64,000 nt of DNA from Candidatus Saccharimonadales bacterium (GTDB lineage Bacteria > Patescibacteriota > Saccharimonadia > UBA4664 > DATIHN01). Below, one piece after another: positions 62,725-64,000 of the stretch. Numbering within the stretch: the first letter of the stretch is position 1; each line of letters starts with the position of its first letter. The translations under genes were made by a program, and so were the position numbers. The DNA is taken from positions 562-64,561 of the forward strand of contig DATIHN010000016.1 in NCBI GenBank assembly GCA_035480635.1, read 5' to 3'. A model generated the notes under the pieces. The model worked only from the letters and a program-made list of their open reading frames with translations. It searched no databases and had not been told where the DNA came from.

Positions 62725-63651
62725 CTAGGCTCGGATTGGCAAATGGCCGGAAATAAATTCGCGAATGGCAATGGCGGCTGATACGCCTTCGCCGACGGCA
62801 CTGGCGATTTGCCCAATGGCGCCGGCCCGAACGTCGCCAGCTGCAAAAACACCACCGATGTTGGTTTGAAAGTTATCATCGGTGTGAATGAAACCGCGCT
62901 CGTCGAGTTCGATCGTGTCTTTTAACCAGTGGGTGTTTGGCACCTGACCGATGAAAACAAAGATGCCATCAGCCTTAATCTCCCCTTGGTTGGTCATAAC
63001 ACCAGTAGCCATTTTCCCATTGTCCAAAACCCTCTCAATCGCGGTGTTGTATTGGACGGTGATTTTATCGCTGGCGGCCGAGACCCGATCGATTAAAAGC
63101 TGTGAGCCTTTGAGTTTTTCGCCCCGAACCAGCATGGTGATGTGGCTGGCAAATTTGGTTAAAAAGAGACCTTCTTGCATAGCCGAATCACCACCTCCTA
63201 CCACGATTAAATCCTTGCCGCGGTAAAGCGGGCCATCGCAGGTAGCACAGTAATGCACGCCCTTACTGGTGAACTCGGCTTCGCCCGGCACCCCCAAACG
63301 TTTATAATCGCTGCCGGTAGTGATAAGCACAGCCTTAGCGTGCTTAGTCCCGGTACTAGTGGCAAGTTCGATGCCGTGCGGACCCTGCTTCAAACCCAAA
63401 ATCATGGTGCCAGTTTTGACCTTGGCGCCGTATTTGGTAGCTTGGGCTTCGAGCTTATCGGAGAGTTCAACGCCGCCGACGCCGTCTGGAAAGCCCGGAT
63501 AATTTTCGATGGTGCCGGTTAGGGCCGCCCAACCCCCGACTACGTCGCCCTCGTAGACGGTCGTTGTCATTTCCTCACGGCCGGTATAAATGGCTGCAGC
63601 TAGACCAGCTGGGCCAGCACCGATGATGGCCACATCGTCGAGTGATTCCAT
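62725..63651 (-). CDS. trxB: Thioredoxin-disulfide reductase.
   Basis: GAGPAG FAD motif, CATCDG redox centre, and GGGDSA NADPH motif. Confidence 0.9.
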   Translation of the reverse strand: MESLDDVAIIGAGPAGLAAAIYTGREEMTTTVYEGDVVGGWAALTGTIENYPGFPDGVGGVELSDKLEAQATKYGAKVKTGTMILGLKQGPHGIELATSTGTKHAKAVLITTGSDYKRLGVPGEAEFTSKGVHYCATCDGPLYRGKDLIVVGGGDSAMQEGLFLTKFASHITMLVRGEKLKGSQLLIDRVSAASDKITVQYNTAIERVLDNGKMATGVMTNQGEIKADGIFVFIGQVPNTHWLKDTIELDERGFIHTDDNFQTNIGGVFAAGDVRAGAIGQIASAVGEGVSAAIAIREFISGHLPIRA

Positions 63652-63902
63652 TAATGCACGCCCAAAATAGTTTCTAGCTTGGGTTTATCGAAGCCCAAGA
63701 CCGCTTCGACCTTGCCGTCGTCTTGCTTGATAATGGTGAAAGGGACGGCATATTGCCCGCTGGCTTTAAATAGTTCGGTAGCCTTTTCTTGGCTTTCGTC
63801 GGCCTTAACCTCTTCGTATTTAATGCCGTGGGCGTCAAAAAACTGCTTTTCGGCCCGGCAGTAGATGCAGGTCGAGGTGGTATAGATTTTTATTGTTGGC
63901 AT
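63651..63902 (-). CDS. Glutaredoxin-family protein (NrdH/Grx-like).
   Basis: 83 aa with a CIYC active site in a thioredoxin-fold context, adjacent to trxB. Confidence 0.7.
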   Translation of the reverse strand: MPTIKIYTTSTCIYCRAEKQFFDAHGIKYEEVKADESQEKATELFKASGQYAVPFTIIKQDDGKVEAVLGFDKPKLETILGVH

Positions 63903-64000
63903 TGCACCTTCCTTATATATCTATAATAACAAAGTCGCTGGGATGATCGAAAAGCAAGGTTAGTATCACTCGATGCGTCCAGATTGGATAATTTGACTCA

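Overview
The window is about 64 kb of a small bacterial genome with roughly 50% GC (judged by eye), gene-dense and mostly encoded on the minus strand. The gene content and layout suggest a Patescibacteria/Saccharibacteria-like or streamlined Gram-positive-like organism; this is inference and was not verified. Housekeeping genes are clear: radA (partial), clpC, nusA, an M13 peptidase, yraN, rnhB, rplS, dnaE, a gatC-gatA-(insert)-gatB operon, ligA, htpX-lemA, purD, mscL, secG, ABC transporters, uvrC/uvrA/uvrB, and a carbon-metabolism operon (pfkB, fba, split transketolase, rpe, rpiB, gap), plus a GGDEF protein, ppa, trxB and a glutaredoxin. There are seven tRNAs (Cys, Leu-TAA, Phe and Gly-GCC on the plus strand; Val, Leu-GAG and Leu-CAG on the minus strand). 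The most unusual region is a roughly 6 kb GC-rich island at 24.9-30.8 kb, immediately upstream of the tRNA cluster. It encodes a NYN/LabA-like RNase with a small partner protein, a 248-aa orphan protein with its own consensus promoter and terminator, and a compact Fe-S Rad3/XPD/DinG-family helicase. The helicase gene is flanked on both sides by roughly 1 kb non-coding arrays of 11 co-oriented units with about 85 bp periodicity. Each unit begins with a GGGG-initiated GC-rich stem-loop. Stem sequences differ between units but co-vary, and the stem mismatches are mostly G-U wobbles that are valid on the plus strand (one C-A in unit 3 of array 1). This argues for selected RNA structure rather than a canonical CRISPR. 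Several other small GC-rich cassettes with their own promoters or terminators are inserted between core genes. Two tRNAs carry 19-nt duplicates of their 3' ends about 150 bp downstream, and two tRNA-Leu genes share a roughly 205 bp direct repeat. All calls come from reading the sequence and the ORF track; no database search was run.
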